Part shown: one piece after another, positions 1 through 10,573 of the stretch
Numbering within the stretch: position 1 is the first letter of the stretch
Layout of the letters: each line of letters begins with the position of its first letter
NCBI GenBank assembly: GCA_045863395.1
Contig: BTVJ01000002.1
Location: forward strand, 160,001 to 224,000
Length of the DNA: 64,000 nt
DNA from: Myxococcales bacterium
Lineage (GTDB): Bacteria; Myxococcota_A; UBA9042; JABWCM01; BTVJ01
Reading direction: 5' to 3'
The notes under the pieces: generated by a model
Database searches by the model: none
The model's input: only the letters and a program-made list of their open reading frames with translations
Told to the model about the DNA's origin: nothing
Translations under genes and position numbers: made by a program

Positions 1-629
1 TGAGGCGCCGCGACCCCGTAATCGGGACGCGACAGATCCGCGATGCCGAGGGCCGCCGGGTCCCCTACGTGGACGGGCGCCCCGTGCGCCAGGGGGTACC
101 GGGCCGTGATCTGCGCCGCGCGGTCGACCTCACCATCCGGGATCCACCGCATGGAGACGACGAGTGGCCCCCTGAGCCGCCCGGCTGGTACCGCGGCCCG
201 CGACGTGCGGTACATGGCGACGTTGCCCCCGCTGCCGCCCGCGTGAACTCCCGCCCTTGCGAGCGCGGCCTCGAAGGAGAAGCTGCACCCGAGCAGGAAG
301 GTCACGAGGTCGTCACGCCACACGTCGAGCACGCCGCGCTGCTCAGTGAGGTCGCCGCCGCGCCACACCCGGTAGCGCGGGAGGTCGGTGCGCACGTCCC
401 CTCCTGCGGCGCAGGAGGGCTCCACGACGCCCGGCTCCAGCACCTCGATGAGGGGGCACGGCGCGGGGTTGCGCACACAGAAGAGGAGCACGTCGAAGGC
501 GGTCTCCCGTGGCACGGCGACCAGGTTCGTCTGCACGAACCCCGGCGCGAGGCCGCTGGTGGGGCCTGTCAGAACCCCCGCGCGGGCGGCGGCACGGACC
601 AGGGCTCCGGTCGAGAGGGTGTCGCTCAT
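1..629 (-). CDS. Putative hydro-lyase, DUF1445/UPF0317 (D-glutamate cyclase-like); 3' end runs off the window
   Basis: Not in ORF track; translated by hand from ATG at 629: GFVQTNLV, FCVRNPAPCPLIEV, DVRTDLPRYRV, FLLGCSFSFE, GPLVVSMR, HGAPVHVGDP. Confidence 0.85.
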   Translation of the reverse strand, partial: MSDTLSTGALVRAAARAGVLTGPTSGLAPGFVQTNLVAVPRETAFDVLLFCVRNPAPCPLIEVLEPGVVEPSCAAGGDVRTDLPRYRVWRGGDLTEQRGVLDVWRDDLVTFLLGCSFSFEAALARAGVHAGGSGGNVAMYRTSRAAVPAGRLRGPLVVSMRWIPDGEVDRAAQITARYPLAHGAPVHVGDPAALGIADLSRPDYGVAAP

Positions 630-771
630 GGCCTGGGATGGTACGCGGCCTCCGCCAGCGCCGCCAGCGCTGCCACCAGTCCCGCGGGACGGGCCCGGAG
701 AGCCTTGTATCCAGCCCATGCGCCGGCTATGGTTGCGCGAGCACACCGCCCGACTGGGGAAGGAGCATCCC

Positions 772-2952
772 ATGCAGAAGCGAGCCCTCTTCACAATCGC
801 CCTCGCCGCCCTCCTCGGAGCCTGCGGGTCCGACGCTGGCGGCAGCGGTGCCTTCGTCCCGGGCGGAACGGACACCTCTGGAGGAGACCTCGGCGGGGGC
901 ATCGACGACGACATCGGGGAGGACCCGGACGACGCCGGAGGGGACCCGGACACGGCCAGCCCACAGGACACGGCAGGCACCGACGTGCAGACGGGTCCGG
1001 ACGTGGTCACTCCGACGGGCCTGAAGCCGGGCGACCTGATGATCTCCGAGATCATGAAGAACCCGAAGGCGGTGGCCGACACGGCCGGCGAGTGGGTGGA
1101 GGTGATGAACACCACGAGCGCGCCCATCCCGCTCGACGGGCTCACCCTCAAGGATCTCAAGACCGACAAGCACGTCATCGCGAGCAACGGCGCCCTCGTC
1201 GTGCCAGCGGGTGGTGTCGTGGTGCTGGCGAACAACGGCGACCGCACGAAGAACGGCGGCGTCACGGTGGACTACGTCTACACGGGCTTCACCATGGGCA
1301 ACGGCGCCGACGAGGTGATCCTGGCCAACGGCGCGACGATCATCGACAAGGTGGCGTATGGGGCGGGCACGGCCGGGTGGCCCGACACGGAGGGGGTGGC
1401 CATGATGCTGCCGCCCGGGGAGGACGCCGGCACCAACGACCAGCCCGGCGCGTGGTGCGCGGCCGGGGCCCCCATGGAGGGCGGCGACTTGGGGACGCCG
1501 GGCGTGGTCAACCCGCCCTGCGGGACCCTCCCCGAGCTGGTCTGCGACGACGCCAAGGACGACGACGAGGACGGGCTCACCGACTGCGACGACCCGGACT
1601 GCGCCAAGGCCACGCCGTGCAAGGTCGTAGACCCGACCCTGTGCGGGAACGGGTCGCCGGACACCGGCGAGGAGTGCGACGACGCCAACGACACGCCCGG
1701 TGACGGCTGCGAGCCCGACTGCACCAAGACGCCCGTGTGCGGCGACGGCAAGCTCGGCAAGGGGGAGGAGTGCGACGACGGCAAGACGCTCCCCGGCGAC
1801 GGGTGCTCCCGCCACTGCAAGGTGGAGGTGGCGCTCGCCCCTGGCGCCCTCGTGATCACCGAGATCCACTACAACCCGAAGGCCGTGGACGACGCCAAGG
1901 GGGAGTGGTTCGAGCTCTACAACACGACCGGGGACCCCATCGACATCGACGGCCTCCTGCTCACCGACAACAAGACGGACAAGCACGTGGTGGACCCGGG
2001 CGGCCCCCTCGTGATCCCCGCTGGCGGCTACGTGGTGCTCGGCAACAATGGGGACCCGCTGGCCAATGGCGACGCGAACGTCACCTACGCGTACAAGAGC
2101 TTCAGCCTCACGAACACCGCCGACCAGGTGGTGATCTCCTTCGCCGGGCAGGAGGTCGATCGCGTGGAGTACACCGTGCCGCCGTTCCCCAAGCTGGATG
2201 CCGTCTCCATGCAGCTCGACGCGCTGCTCCTGGACCATGTGGCCAACGACGCGGCCGAGAGCTGGTGCGCCTCGACCGCCCCCTACGGCGCGGGCGACAA
2301 GGGAACGCCAGGGCTGCCCAACGGGTCCTGCGGGGCGGCCCCGCCGACGTGCGGCAACGGGGACCCCGACCCGGGGGAGGAGTGCGACGACGGTAACACG
2401 GACCCGGGCGACGGCTGCGACCCGTCGTGCAAGAAGGAGTCGGCTCCGGTCACCGCTGGGGTCATCGTGATCACCGAGCTGATGCCAGACCCCGCCAAGG
2501 TGGCTGACACCGCCGGCGAGTGGGTGGAGCTGCAGAACGTCACCAACGCGCCCATCGACATCAAGGGCTGGGTGCTCGGCGACGGAGCCAATGAGAAGCA
2601 CACCATCGCAGAGAGCGTCGTGGTCCCCGCCAAGGGCATCATCGTCCTCGCGCGCAACAAGGAGTCGGCCGCCAACGGAGGCGTCACGGCCGTCTACCAG
2701 TACACGGGCGTCAACCTGTCCAACACCGCGGACACGGTGCAGCTCGCCGCCGGGGCCGTCGTCGTCGACAAGGTCCAGTACGGTGGTGCGGGCTGGGAGG
2801 GGAAGATCAAGGCCGGCAAGTCCATCTCGCTGGACCCGGACTGGACCGACGCTGTCTCCAACGACGATCCGGCGCACTGGTGCGTCGGGGTCGCCCTCTA
2901 CGGCGATGGGGACAGCGGCACCCCTGGCGCCCCCAACGAGCCGTGCCCCTAG
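772..2952 (+). CDS. Lipoprotein with three lamin-tail-like domains and myxobacterial Cys-rich repeats
   Basis: Lipobox LLGAC after MQKRALF; three units I(S/T)E(I/L)xxxP...GEWxE(V/L)xN...GTPG; CG(N/D)G..GEECDD...GDGC repeats between them. Confidence 0.8.
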   Translation: MQKRALFTIALAALLGACGSDAGGSGAFVPGGTDTSGGDLGGGIDDDIGEDPDDAGGDPDTASPQDTAGTDVQTGPDVVTPTGLKPGDLMISEIMKNPKAVADTAGEWVEVMNTTSAPIPLDGLTLKDLKTDKHVIASNGALVVPAGGVVVLANNGDRTKNGGVTVDYVYTGFTMGNGADEVILANGATIIDKVAYGAGTAGWPDTEGVAMMLPPGEDAGTNDQPGAWCAAGAPMEGGDLGTPGVVNPPCGTLPELVCDDAKDDDEDGLTDCDDPDCAKATPCKVVDPTLCGNGSPDTGEECDDANDTPGDGCEPDCTKTPVCGDGKLGKGEECDDGKTLPGDGCSRHCKVEVALAPGALVITEIHYNPKAVDDAKGEWFELYNTTGDPIDIDGLLLTDNKTDKHVVDPGGPLVIPAGGYVVLGNNGDPLANGDANVTYAYKSFSLTNTADQVVISFAGQEVDRVEYTVPPFPKLDAVSMQLDALLLDHVANDAAESWCASTAPYGAGDKGTPGLPNGSCGAAPPTCGNGDPDPGEECDDGNTDPGDGCDPSCKKESAPVTAGVIVITELMPDPAKVADTAGEWVELQNVTNAPIDIKGWVLGDGANEKHTIAESVVVPAKGIIVLARNKESAANGGVTAVYQYTGVNLSNTADTVQLAAGAVVVDKVQYGGAGWEGKIKAGKSISLDPDWTDAVSNDDPAHWCVGVALYGDGDSGTPGAPNEPCP

Positions 2953-2973
2953 CTCAGTCCCTGATCGACCCGC

Positions 2974-4707
2974 TCACGCCGGCCGCAGCGTGAAGTGGAA
3001 CGTCGCCCCGCGCCCAGGCTCCGACTCCACCCAGATGCGCCCCCCGGCACGCTCGATGATGTTGCGGCACACCGCCAGGCCGCTCCCAGTCCCGGGGTAG
3101 CGGTCCCGTGGGTGAAGCCGCTGGAACAGCTCGAAGACACGGGTCGCGTGCTCTCGCGCGATGCCGATGCCGTTGTCCTGCACGGTGACGTGGACCATGT
3201 CGTGCTCCACGCTGGCGCGAATGTCCATGACGGGAGGTGACTCTCCGCGGAACTTGATGGCGTTCGAGAGAAGGTGCTCGAACACCGTCTCAAGCTGCCC
3301 CGGAGCGCACCACACGGTGGGCAGATCTGCATGTCGCACTTCGGCCCGCGCGGCCGTGATTGACTCCCGCAGGGCCTCCAGCGCCGCCGCCACGGCCCTC
3401 CCCATGCACGTGGGCACGGGCGGCTCGTGGTCCTCGGCGAGGCGTGCGTGGGCGTGGAGGTCCCGCACCAGCGCGTCCATCCGGTGGGCGCCGCCCACGA
3501 TGGTGCGCAGGTACTCGCGGTGCTTGGGCTCGAGGCGGTACCCCGCCCGCTGCTCGACGAGCTGAGCGAAGCTCGTGACCGAGCGGAGGGGCTCGCGCAG
3601 CTCGTGGGACGTCGCCCGGGTGAACTGGGCGAGCGCCCGCCCGGCGCGCTCCAGCTCACCGACCTTGTGGGCGAGCTCCCGCTCGACGTCCTTGGAGCGC
3701 GTCACGTCCCGCAGAGACCCGGCCAGCCGCACGACCGCTCCATGGCGAATAGCCTGCCCCCGCGCATCGAACCAACGCCACGTCCCTCGCGAAGACCGCA
3801 GGCGAAGCTCGGCGTCGACGAGATCCGTGTCGCCGCCGTAGCAGCGCCGAACGGCCGCCTCCGCCTCCGGCAGGTCGTCCGGGTGGATCAGCGCGCGCAG
3901 CTCGTCCACCGTCGCCGGGCTGGCCGAGAGCTCCAGTATGCGCGCGAGGCGCGGCGACACATACAAGGAGCCGGTCCGGGAGTCCCAATCCCACAGGACC
4001 TCCCGCGCCCCCTGCACGGCCAGGGCGTAGCGCTCTTCGCTCGCGTCCAGCGCTGCCTCCGCCCGCTTCCAGGCCGCCTCGTAGATGGCTCCGAGCACCG
4101 CGGAGAAGGCCACCGCGAGGATCGCTCCCACCACGAAGAAGTCCTGGTAGCGCTCCCCGGTCACGGGCTGGGGGAAGTCGTGTCCGGCTCGGTGCAAGAG
4201 GTAGAGCGCGACCAGGTCCGCCACCAGCAGCCCCGACGTGACGAGCGCCAGCCGCGGCCCGACCATGAAGGAGGCGAGCAGGGGGAGCGCCGGGTACCAG
4301 TAGACCGCCAGGGAGTCGAACCCGCCGTTGACGTAGGAGCCGGCGCAGATCAGCGCGACCCCGACCAGCAGCAGCGACCACCCTGCTGCGGCAAACGACG
4401 CGGTCACGCGCAGCACGACGGGGGTGAGGCCGATCAGCAAGGCACCAGCCGCCATCATGAGCAGCGTCGGCGCGTGGGGCTCGTCGAAGGTGAGGCGCCG
4501 GACGATGAGCACGAGCAACATGAGCAGGAGCGTCAGCGAGGTCCCTACGATGAGGCGCCCGCGTCGAGCGTGCTCGCGACTCCCGCGGAGTGTCGCCGGG
4601 ATGAACTGGTCGATGAGCTGGGAGAGGGCGCCAGGTCGCCCCTGCTCCGTGCTCCGCAGACCGGGAGGATGCTCCTCGGCTGGCGACTCCTCGACGGCGG
4701 TGCTCAC
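2974..4707 (-). CDS. Membrane sensor histidine kinase with PAS domain
   Basis: About 5 TM segments; PAS (LWDWD...IHPDD...WFDARG); H-box SHELREPL; LLSNAIKF, DNGIGI, GSGLAVC; GTG at 4707 with AGGAGA SD. Confidence 0.9.
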   Translation of the reverse strand: MSTAVEESPAEEHPPGLRSTEQGRPGALSQLIDQFIPATLRGSREHARRGRLIVGTSLTLLLMLLVLIVRRLTFDEPHAPTLLMMAAGALLIGLTPVVLRVTASFAAAGWSLLLVGVALICAGSYVNGGFDSLAVYWYPALPLLASFMVGPRLALVTSGLLVADLVALYLLHRAGHDFPQPVTGERYQDFFVVGAILAVAFSAVLGAIYEAAWKRAEAALDASEERYALAVQGAREVLWDWDSRTGSLYVSPRLARILELSASPATVDELRALIHPDDLPEAEAAVRRCYGGDTDLVDAELRLRSSRGTWRWFDARGQAIRHGAVVRLAGSLRDVTRSKDVERELAHKVGELERAGRALAQFTRATSHELREPLRSVTSFAQLVEQRAGYRLEPKHREYLRTIVGGAHRMDALVRDLHAHARLAEDHEPPVPTCMGRAVAAALEALRESITAARAEVRHADLPTVWCAPGQLETVFEHLLSNAIKFRGESPPVMDIRASVEHDMVHVTVQDNGIGIAREHATRVFELFQRLHPRDRYPGTGSGLAVCRNIIERAGGRIWVESEPGRGATFHFTLRPA

Positions 4708-4857
4708 TCTCCTACGTCCTCTCTGGTTGCAGCCCCATGGGCAGGCCGATCCCATGACTGTCCCGCAAACCGACCGCGCAGCGCAACTCCAGGGATTGGA
4801 ACCGGCGCGGTTTCGCGGTAGTCTCCGTGCGTCACCCACCCCCAGACAGGAGCATCC

Positions 4858-5310
4858 ATGCTAAGCGCGACGTTCGACCTGAAGACCCTGCGAGCAATCC
4901 CCATGTTCGCCCCGCTGTCCGACGATGAGCTGGAGTACATCAGGCCGCACCTCAGCGTGCGTACCGTCAGCACGGGGGACCTCGCCTTCTCGGAGGGGGC
5001 CGCCGGCGACGAGCTGTTCATCCTGCTCTCGGGCGAGGTGAAGGTGATCAAGGGACATCGGCTGCCCGAGGAGCGCGTCCTGGCGGTGCTCGGGCCCGTC
5101 GAGGCCTTCGGTGAGATGAGCCTGCTGACGGGCGAGCGCCGAACGGCCACCGTGGTCGCCACGGAGCCGAGCCGCTTCCTCACGCTGACCCAGGAGGCGC
5201 TGGAGGGCGTGCTGCTCAAGCACCCGGACGTGTCCCTGGCCCTGCTGCGCGACGCCTACACCCGCCTGCGCAAGGTGCAGGACCGCCTGATCGCCGACTC
5301 CATCCGATGA
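4858..5310 (+). CDS. Cyclic nucleotide-binding domain protein (no HTH)
   Basis: LFILLSGEVKV, FGEMSLL, RTATV motifs; AGGAG SD. Confidence 0.88.
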   Translation: MLSATFDLKTLRAIPMFAPLSDDELEYIRPHLSVRTVSTGDLAFSEGAAGDELFILLSGEVKVIKGHRLPEERVLAVLGPVEAFGEMSLLTGERRTATVVATEPSRFLTLTQEALEGVLLKHPDVSLALLRDAYTRLRKVQDRLIADSIR

Positions 5311-5344
5311 GACCCCTCAGGACTCCTGGCCGCGCCGCTCGGGC

Positions 5345-8026
5345 CTACTGCGGGTTCGGCGCGGCCGTTGGTCCACCGCGGGGGGTCGCCCTCCACCGTT
5401 CGACCAGGTAGAGCATCGCGGGGAGGGTGATCAGCGAGCCTGTCAGGCACGAGGCGATTCCGAGGGCGCCCGTGAGGCCCAGCGTCTGGATCCCCACATG
5501 GTTTGCGAAGAGCAGCCCCGCGAACCCGATGATCGTCGTCACGGACGTCAGTCCGATGGCGCCGCCCGCCTCGCTCACCACGTGCCACACGTCGCCCTCC
5601 TCCAGCCACCGGTGGTAGATGTGGATCCCGTAGTCGATGCCCATGCCGATGAGCAGCGGGAAGGCGATGATGCTGAACATGTTCACCTTGATATCCCACT
5701 CCAGGTAGATGGCCGCGAGCCACGCGATGGCCATGGCCAGGGGGACCATGATCGCGAGCGCCGCCGCCAGTGAGCGGAACAGGAGCAGCACGAGCACGAT
5801 CACCGCGAGGGAGGCCGCCCCGAGCACGATGGGGCCGTCCCGGTGCAACGTGTCGATGATCTCCACGAGCACGAAGTAGTTGGCGCCGCTCGGCACCGTC
5901 GTGTCCCCGGCAGGGAGGTCGAAGAAGGCGTCGTGCAGGCGCTTGGAGTCCGCGTAGTCGGCCTTGGCGCCCCGGTTCCACATGATGATGAAGCGCCCGA
6001 GCTCGCCCTCGCTGTCGCGGAGCTGCTCCCGCACCCACTCGGGGACCTTCTCCAGGGTCATGGGCTCCGTGACCTTCAGGTAGCGGTAGAACTTGTCCAC
6101 CTTCTCCTGGGTGTCCGCCGTCAGCGCCTCGCGCTTGCGGTCGATGCGCTCCCTGATGTCGGCGATGATGCGCAGCTTCACGTCCTGGTGCTCGGGCACG
6201 AAGCTCTGGAGGCTCAGGAATGCCTGCAGGAAGTACCGCAGCTCGTCGGCCCGGTGGGCGCCCAGCGACTGGATGAGGCGCCGCTGCTCAGGGAACAGTG
6301 TGCCGCCGTCCAGGGCCGCAGCGACGTCCTCGAAGGGGTCCGCCTCGGGCGTGGCGAAGGGGTCGTCCTCGTCGGCGGGCGCCGGGGGCGGAGGGACGTG
6401 GCGGTTGTGCGGCTCCTGGCCCCGCGCGCGGCGCATCTCGTCGTCGTCGGTCTGCTTGACGGCCTGGAGGAGCCGGGTGACCTGCTCGCACTGCGCTGCC
6501 GTCTGGCAGAGCGCCACGGCGGGCGCGAAGGTCGTCACGCGCCCGATGGCGTCGCGATAGTCCTTCTTTCCCTCGGCGGCCAGCGGATCCACCGACTTGC
6601 GAGGCCCGAGCTTCGTGAAGTCGTACTCGAAGCCCACGTCCTGGGACCGCGCAAGCCCGAAGCCCCCCACCGCGAAGCTCACGACCAGCGCGGCCGCGCA
6701 GACAACGGGAAGAGAGCGCCCCGGCGCCTGCGCCGCTCTCTTGACCCGGGCGGCCCGCGGGCGCCACGGCCGGATGCGCTCGGCCAGCACCACAAGCGGC
6801 GGCACCATGGTGAAGGTGATGAACAGGGCGACGATCACGCCCATTCCGGCCATGGCCCCGAACTGGGAGAAGCCGCGAAAGTCGCCCAGGGTCAGCAGGA
6901 AGAACACGGCCGTGGTGGTCGCGGCGCCCATGGCGACCGCGTTGCCCGTCGAGACGAAGGCGACGCGCAGGGCCTCCTCGGGGGGACGCCCGCGGTCCCG
7001 CTCGCTGCCATAGCGCGAGAGGCAGTGGATGGCGAAGTCTATGCCGAGGCCCAGCAGGATGGCGAAGATGAACGTGGTCACGAGGTTGAAGGTGCCGTAG
7101 ATGGCCCCGCCGATGCCGAGGGTGATGATCGTGGAGACCACCACCGGCAGCAGCACCACCGGGATCGCGCGAAACCGGCGGAAGAACACGAAGATGACCG
7201 CGAAGAGCAGGCCGATGGCGAAGGCGAGGGTCGACAGCACGTCCTTGCGCATGCCCGTCATCTCCCCCACCCGCTGCAGGTACTCCCCCTTCACGGAGGC
7301 CACCAGCTCCGGGTGGTAGCGAGCGGGGTCGAGGGCCGCGACCTCGGCCTCGATCTTGGCCACGAGGGCCGCCGAGAACTCCACGTTGGTGGTCAGCTCC
7401 GTCGGGCGCGCCTTGATGACGACGATGCGGCCCTCGTCCGCCTCCATGTACTCGGTGGGCACGGCGCCGCCGCCCAGGTAGCGCTCGACGAGCTCGTCCT
7501 CCTCCATGTCCAGGGGGTCGTCCTTGGACGAGGCCGCCTTGGGCGCCGCCTCGCCGTCCACGTCGACGATCAGCTCCTTCTGGGTCTCGTCACGGATCCG
7601 GTCGATGACCTTCCCGCGCAGCTCCAGCAGGTCCGGCACGGGCATGAACAGGAGCCCGTGGTCCTTGAACACCTCCAGCGAGCGCTGGAACTGGACGAAG
7701 CGGAGCTCCTTCCAGCCCGTCATGCGCTCCGCGAGGGCCTGCCCGAAGGCGATGTTGGCGTCGCGGGACGGGGACTCCACCGACACGATCAGGTCCGACT
7801 GGGTGCCCATGCGGTCGGCCACGTCCTGAAGGCGGGTCACCGACGGGTAGTCATCGGGCAGCAGCGCCTTGAGGTCCTGGTCCAGCTTGACGTGCGACAT
7901 GCCCCACACGCCCAGGCCCGTCGCCAGGGCGCAGGCGGCCAGCGTGGACCAGGGGTAGCGGGCGCCGAGGATCGCGAACGCCTCGGTCCACGTGCCGTCG
8001 ACGAGCCTCTTGAGCCACTCGGGCAT
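5345..8026 (-). CDS. MMPL/RND family transporter (HpnN-like lipid exporter)
   Basis: Two RND repeats with GLGIDFAIH and GMGIDYGIH, two large periplasmic loops, about 12 TM; ATG at 8026 (MPEWLKR). Confidence 0.88.
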   Translation of the reverse strand: MPEWLKRLVDGTWTEAFAILGARYPWSTLAACALATGLGVWGMSHVKLDQDLKALLPDDYPSVTRLQDVADRMGTQSDLIVSVESPSRDANIAFGQALAERMTGWKELRFVQFQRSLEVFKDHGLLFMPVPDLLELRGKVIDRIRDETQKELIVDVDGEAAPKAASSKDDPLDMEEDELVERYLGGGAVPTEYMEADEGRIVVIKARPTELTTNVEFSAALVAKIEAEVAALDPARYHPELVASVKGEYLQRVGEMTGMRKDVLSTLAFAIGLLFAVIFVFFRRFRAIPVVLLPVVVSTIITLGIGGAIYGTFNLVTTFIFAILLGLGIDFAIHCLSRYGSERDRGRPPEEALRVAFVSTGNAVAMGAATTTAVFFLLTLGDFRGFSQFGAMAGMGVIVALFITFTMVPPLVVLAERIRPWRPRAARVKRAAQAPGRSLPVVCAAALVVSFAVGGFGLARSQDVGFEYDFTKLGPRKSVDPLAAEGKKDYRDAIGRVTTFAPAVALCQTAAQCEQVTRLLQAVKQTDDDEMRRARGQEPHNRHVPPPPAPADEDDPFATPEADPFEDVAAALDGGTLFPEQRRLIQSLGAHRADELRYFLQAFLSLQSFVPEHQDVKLRIIADIRERIDRKREALTADTQEKVDKFYRYLKVTEPMTLEKVPEWVREQLRDSEGELGRFIIMWNRGAKADYADSKRLHDAFFDLPAGDTTVPSGANYFVLVEIIDTLHRDGPIVLGAASLAVIVLVLLLFRSLAAALAIMVPLAMAIAWLAAIYLEWDIKVNMFSIIAFPLLIGMGIDYGIHIYHRWLEEGDVWHVVSEAGGAIGLTSVTTIIGFAGLLFANHVGIQTLGLTGALGIASCLTGSLITLPAMLYLVERWRATPRGGPTAAPNPQ

Positions 8027-8211
8027 CCTTGCCTCGCTGATTGGTGGTCCGCTCCGGTGCGGCCGTGGCATGATGCACCGGCCCGAGTGGGCGGGTCAAA
8101 CCGACGCGAATACGCGGGTGGGGCCGCGCGTCCGGGGCCGGCGCCTTTTGCGAGGTGCTCCCCATGCGTGCTATGACATGGTCCCCTGACTGAACCACTC
8201 GGAGGCAGCTC

Positions 8212-9342
8212 ATGAGTCTTCGGCGCAAGATCGCCATCTCAGCCCTGGCCACAGTCGTCATCCTGCTCGGCGTCGCCGCGCTCGGCATCTACTTCTTCGC
8301 CAACGAGAGCTACGCGTCCGGCATCGACGCCTACACGGGCACGGCGCGGGCGGTCAGCGACAAGGACATGCTCCCAGCCATGCTGGACGGCGAGCACTAC
8401 TCCGACAAGTACACCATCGAGGGGTACTTCAAGGGGGGCGGCGACATCTACGTGTCGTTGCTGATCAAGAACTTCGGCATGGGCGACGGCAAGCTGACCT
8501 TCAAGTCGCGCCTCACCCTGGCGGACGGGACCTCGCTCCGCGGCGGGGGCAACGAGAAGGCGCGGGACAAGTGGTCCTTCGCGACGTCGCCGTTCTCCCT
8601 GGAGGCCGACGGTCAGAAGATCACCGGCAAGCCCCGCGAGTTCGTCGTGAGCGGGGCGGGCGAGGGCTACACCTTCGAGATCACGTTCAAGGCGTCGGTC
8701 CCGCCGTGGCGGCCCGGCAGCGGGCGAATCACCTTCGGGAGCAACGACATCGTCTGGGACACCACCCTGCTCCAGCCCAAGTCGGCGATCAGCGGGTGGA
8801 TCGAGGTCAACGGGGAGCGCAAGGAGATCGGGGGCTACGGCTACGCGGTGCACACCTATGCAAACGTCCCGCCCCACGAGCACGCCAAGCGGTGGGTGGA
8901 CTTCCGCGCCATCTCCGGGAGCACGGTCGTCTACTACAAGGAGTTCACGGCGCCCGAGAAGCTCGGGGGGGCGACCTACCCGTACCTCCTGGTGGCCCAG
9001 AAGGGCAAGGTGGTCTTCGAGAGCCTGACGGCCAAGGTGACCTACGGGGACTGGCAGACGGACAACAAGCACGAGAACAAGTACCGCGTGCCCGAGAAGC
9101 TGCTGATCACCGACGAGAAGGACGGCAAGAAGCTGAAGCTCGCCATCGCCGCCGGCAAGCTCAAGGGGCGCGAGGACGTCATCGAGGGGCTGTCGTCCAT
9201 CGAGGGGGCCATCGTGTCGAAGCTCGCCAAGCCCGTGAACTACCGCTACGGCGGCAAGTTCGAGGTGTCCATCGAGACGCCGGAGGGGGAGGTCACGGGG
9301 TCAGGCTCAGGGACCCTGGAGGTCAACCACCTGAACAAGTGA
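8212..9342 (+). CDS. Membrane-anchored beta-rich protein, Svf1/AttH-like lipocalin candidate
   Basis: GGAGG SD, N-terminal TM, strong GC3 bias; PWRPGSGRITFG, GYGYAVHTYANVPPHEHAKRW and EFTAPEKLG resemble Svf1-family motifs as I recall them. Confidence 0.6.
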   Translation: MSLRRKIAISALATVVILLGVAALGIYFFANESYASGIDAYTGTARAVSDKDMLPAMLDGEHYSDKYTIEGYFKGGGDIYVSLLIKNFGMGDGKLTFKSRLTLADGTSLRGGGNEKARDKWSFATSPFSLEADGQKITGKPREFVVSGAGEGYTFEITFKASVPPWRPGSGRITFGSNDIVWDTTLLQPKSAISGWIEVNGERKEIGGYGYAVHTYANVPPHEHAKRWVDFRAISGSTVVYYKEFTAPEKLGGATYPYLLVAQKGKVVFESLTAKVTYGDWQTDNKHENKYRVPEKLLITDEKDGKKLKLAIAAGKLKGREDVIEGLSSIEGAIVSKLAKPVNYRYGGKFEVSIETPEGEVTGSGSGTLEVNHLNK

Positions 9343-10462
9343 TGGTGTCTGGCAGCAGGCCCTCGTAGACCGCCGCTGTCTGCCTCGCCGCCTCGTCCCA
9401 CCGCAGCGTGAGGGCCTGGGCGGTGCCTCTGTTTCGCAGGTCCTCACGCAGGGCCCCGTCATCGACGACGCGCCGGATGGCCGCGGCGAGCGCCTCCGGG
9501 TCCGTCGGAGGGGCGAGGAGCGCCGCGTCGCCCACGATCTCGCGGATCACCGGGATGTCCGAGGTCACCACGGGGCAGCCCGCCGCCATGGCCTCCACGG
9601 CCGGGAAGCCGAAGCCCTCGATGAGGCTCGGGAACACCAGCGCCCGCGCCGCCCGCATGAGGGCGTGGACCTCCGCGTCATCGATCATGCCCGTGTAGGT
9701 GACGCCGTGGTCCACCCCGAGCTGGAGGCTCAGGCGGCGCAGCTCCGGCAGGGAGTCGCCGCGGCCCACGATGACGAGCTCCAGGGCAGGGTGGGTCGCC
9801 AGGACGGCCGCGAAGGCGCGCAGCAACGTGGGGAGGTTCTTGTAGGGCTTGGAGTTGCCCAAGGACAGCAGGAAGGGCTGCGGCGGCTCGGGGCGGGGCG
9901 TGCCGGCGTCGGGGGCTCCCTCGTGATCGACCCCGTGGTGGATGACGGTGAAGCGGTCGGCGGGGATGTGGAACCGCGCGATGGCCCGGTCACGGGAGTG
10001 GGCGCTGATCGCGATGATGTGGTCCGCCCGGCGCAGCGCGTGCCACATGGTGGCCGTGCCGTAGACCTGGTTTGCCCGCGCCTTGGGCCAGGCCCACCTC
10101 CCCGAGAAGGTGAGCTCCGCGTGCTCGACCCAGATCAGGTCGTGCAGCGTCATGACGACCCGGGGAGCCCGCAGGCCAGGCGGCAGGAAGTGGTGGAGGC
10201 TGTGGTAGAGGTCCAGGCGCAGGCGGTCGATGCCCGGCGCCGAGAGCAGGTTCGCCGGGTGGTCGAGGAGGCCCGGGAGCACGGCCTCCGTGACGTTGGG
10301 TGCGGTGGACAGGGGCTCGGAGATGACGGGGCGCTTGATGATCACGAAGTCGGCGCCGGGCGCGAGGGCCGGGAGGCGGCGGATCAGCTCCCGGGCGTAG
10401 CGCCCGAGGCCGCTGGTCCGGGTGTCCACCATGCGCGCGTCCAGTCCGATGCGGGGTCTCAC
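9323..10462 (-). CDS. Glycosyltransferase family 4 (GT-B)
   Basis: IGLDARM, VMTLHDL, KPYKNL, FPSLIEGFGFPAVEAMAAGCPVVTSD; GTG at 10462 with GGAGG SD. Confidence 0.92.
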   Translation of the reverse strand: MRPRIGLDARMVDTRTSGLGRYARELIRRLPALAPGADFVIIKRPVISEPLSTAPNVTEAVLPGLLDHPANLLSAPGIDRLRLDLYHSLHHFLPPGLRAPRVVMTLHDLIWVEHAELTFSGRWAWPKARANQVYGTATMWHALRRADHIIAISAHSRDRAIARFHIPADRFTVIHHGVDHEGAPDAGTPRPEPPQPFLLSLGNSKPYKNLPTLLRAFAAVLATHPALELVIVGRGDSLPELRRLSLQLGVDHGVTYTGMIDDAEVHALMRAARALVFPSLIEGFGFPAVEAMAAGCPVVTSDIPVIREIVGDAALLAPPTDPEALAAAIRRVVDDGALREDLRNRGTAQALTLRWDEAARQTAAVYEGLLPDTITCSGG

Positions 10463-10573
10463 AGTGGTCCTCCGTGGGGGCGGAGTCTCGCACGGGGGGG
10501 ATGCCGCGGCAACCCGCTTGACCGCGTGAGGGCGCTTCGAGTAGACCTGCCCACCCACGAGAGGAGGGTCCGC

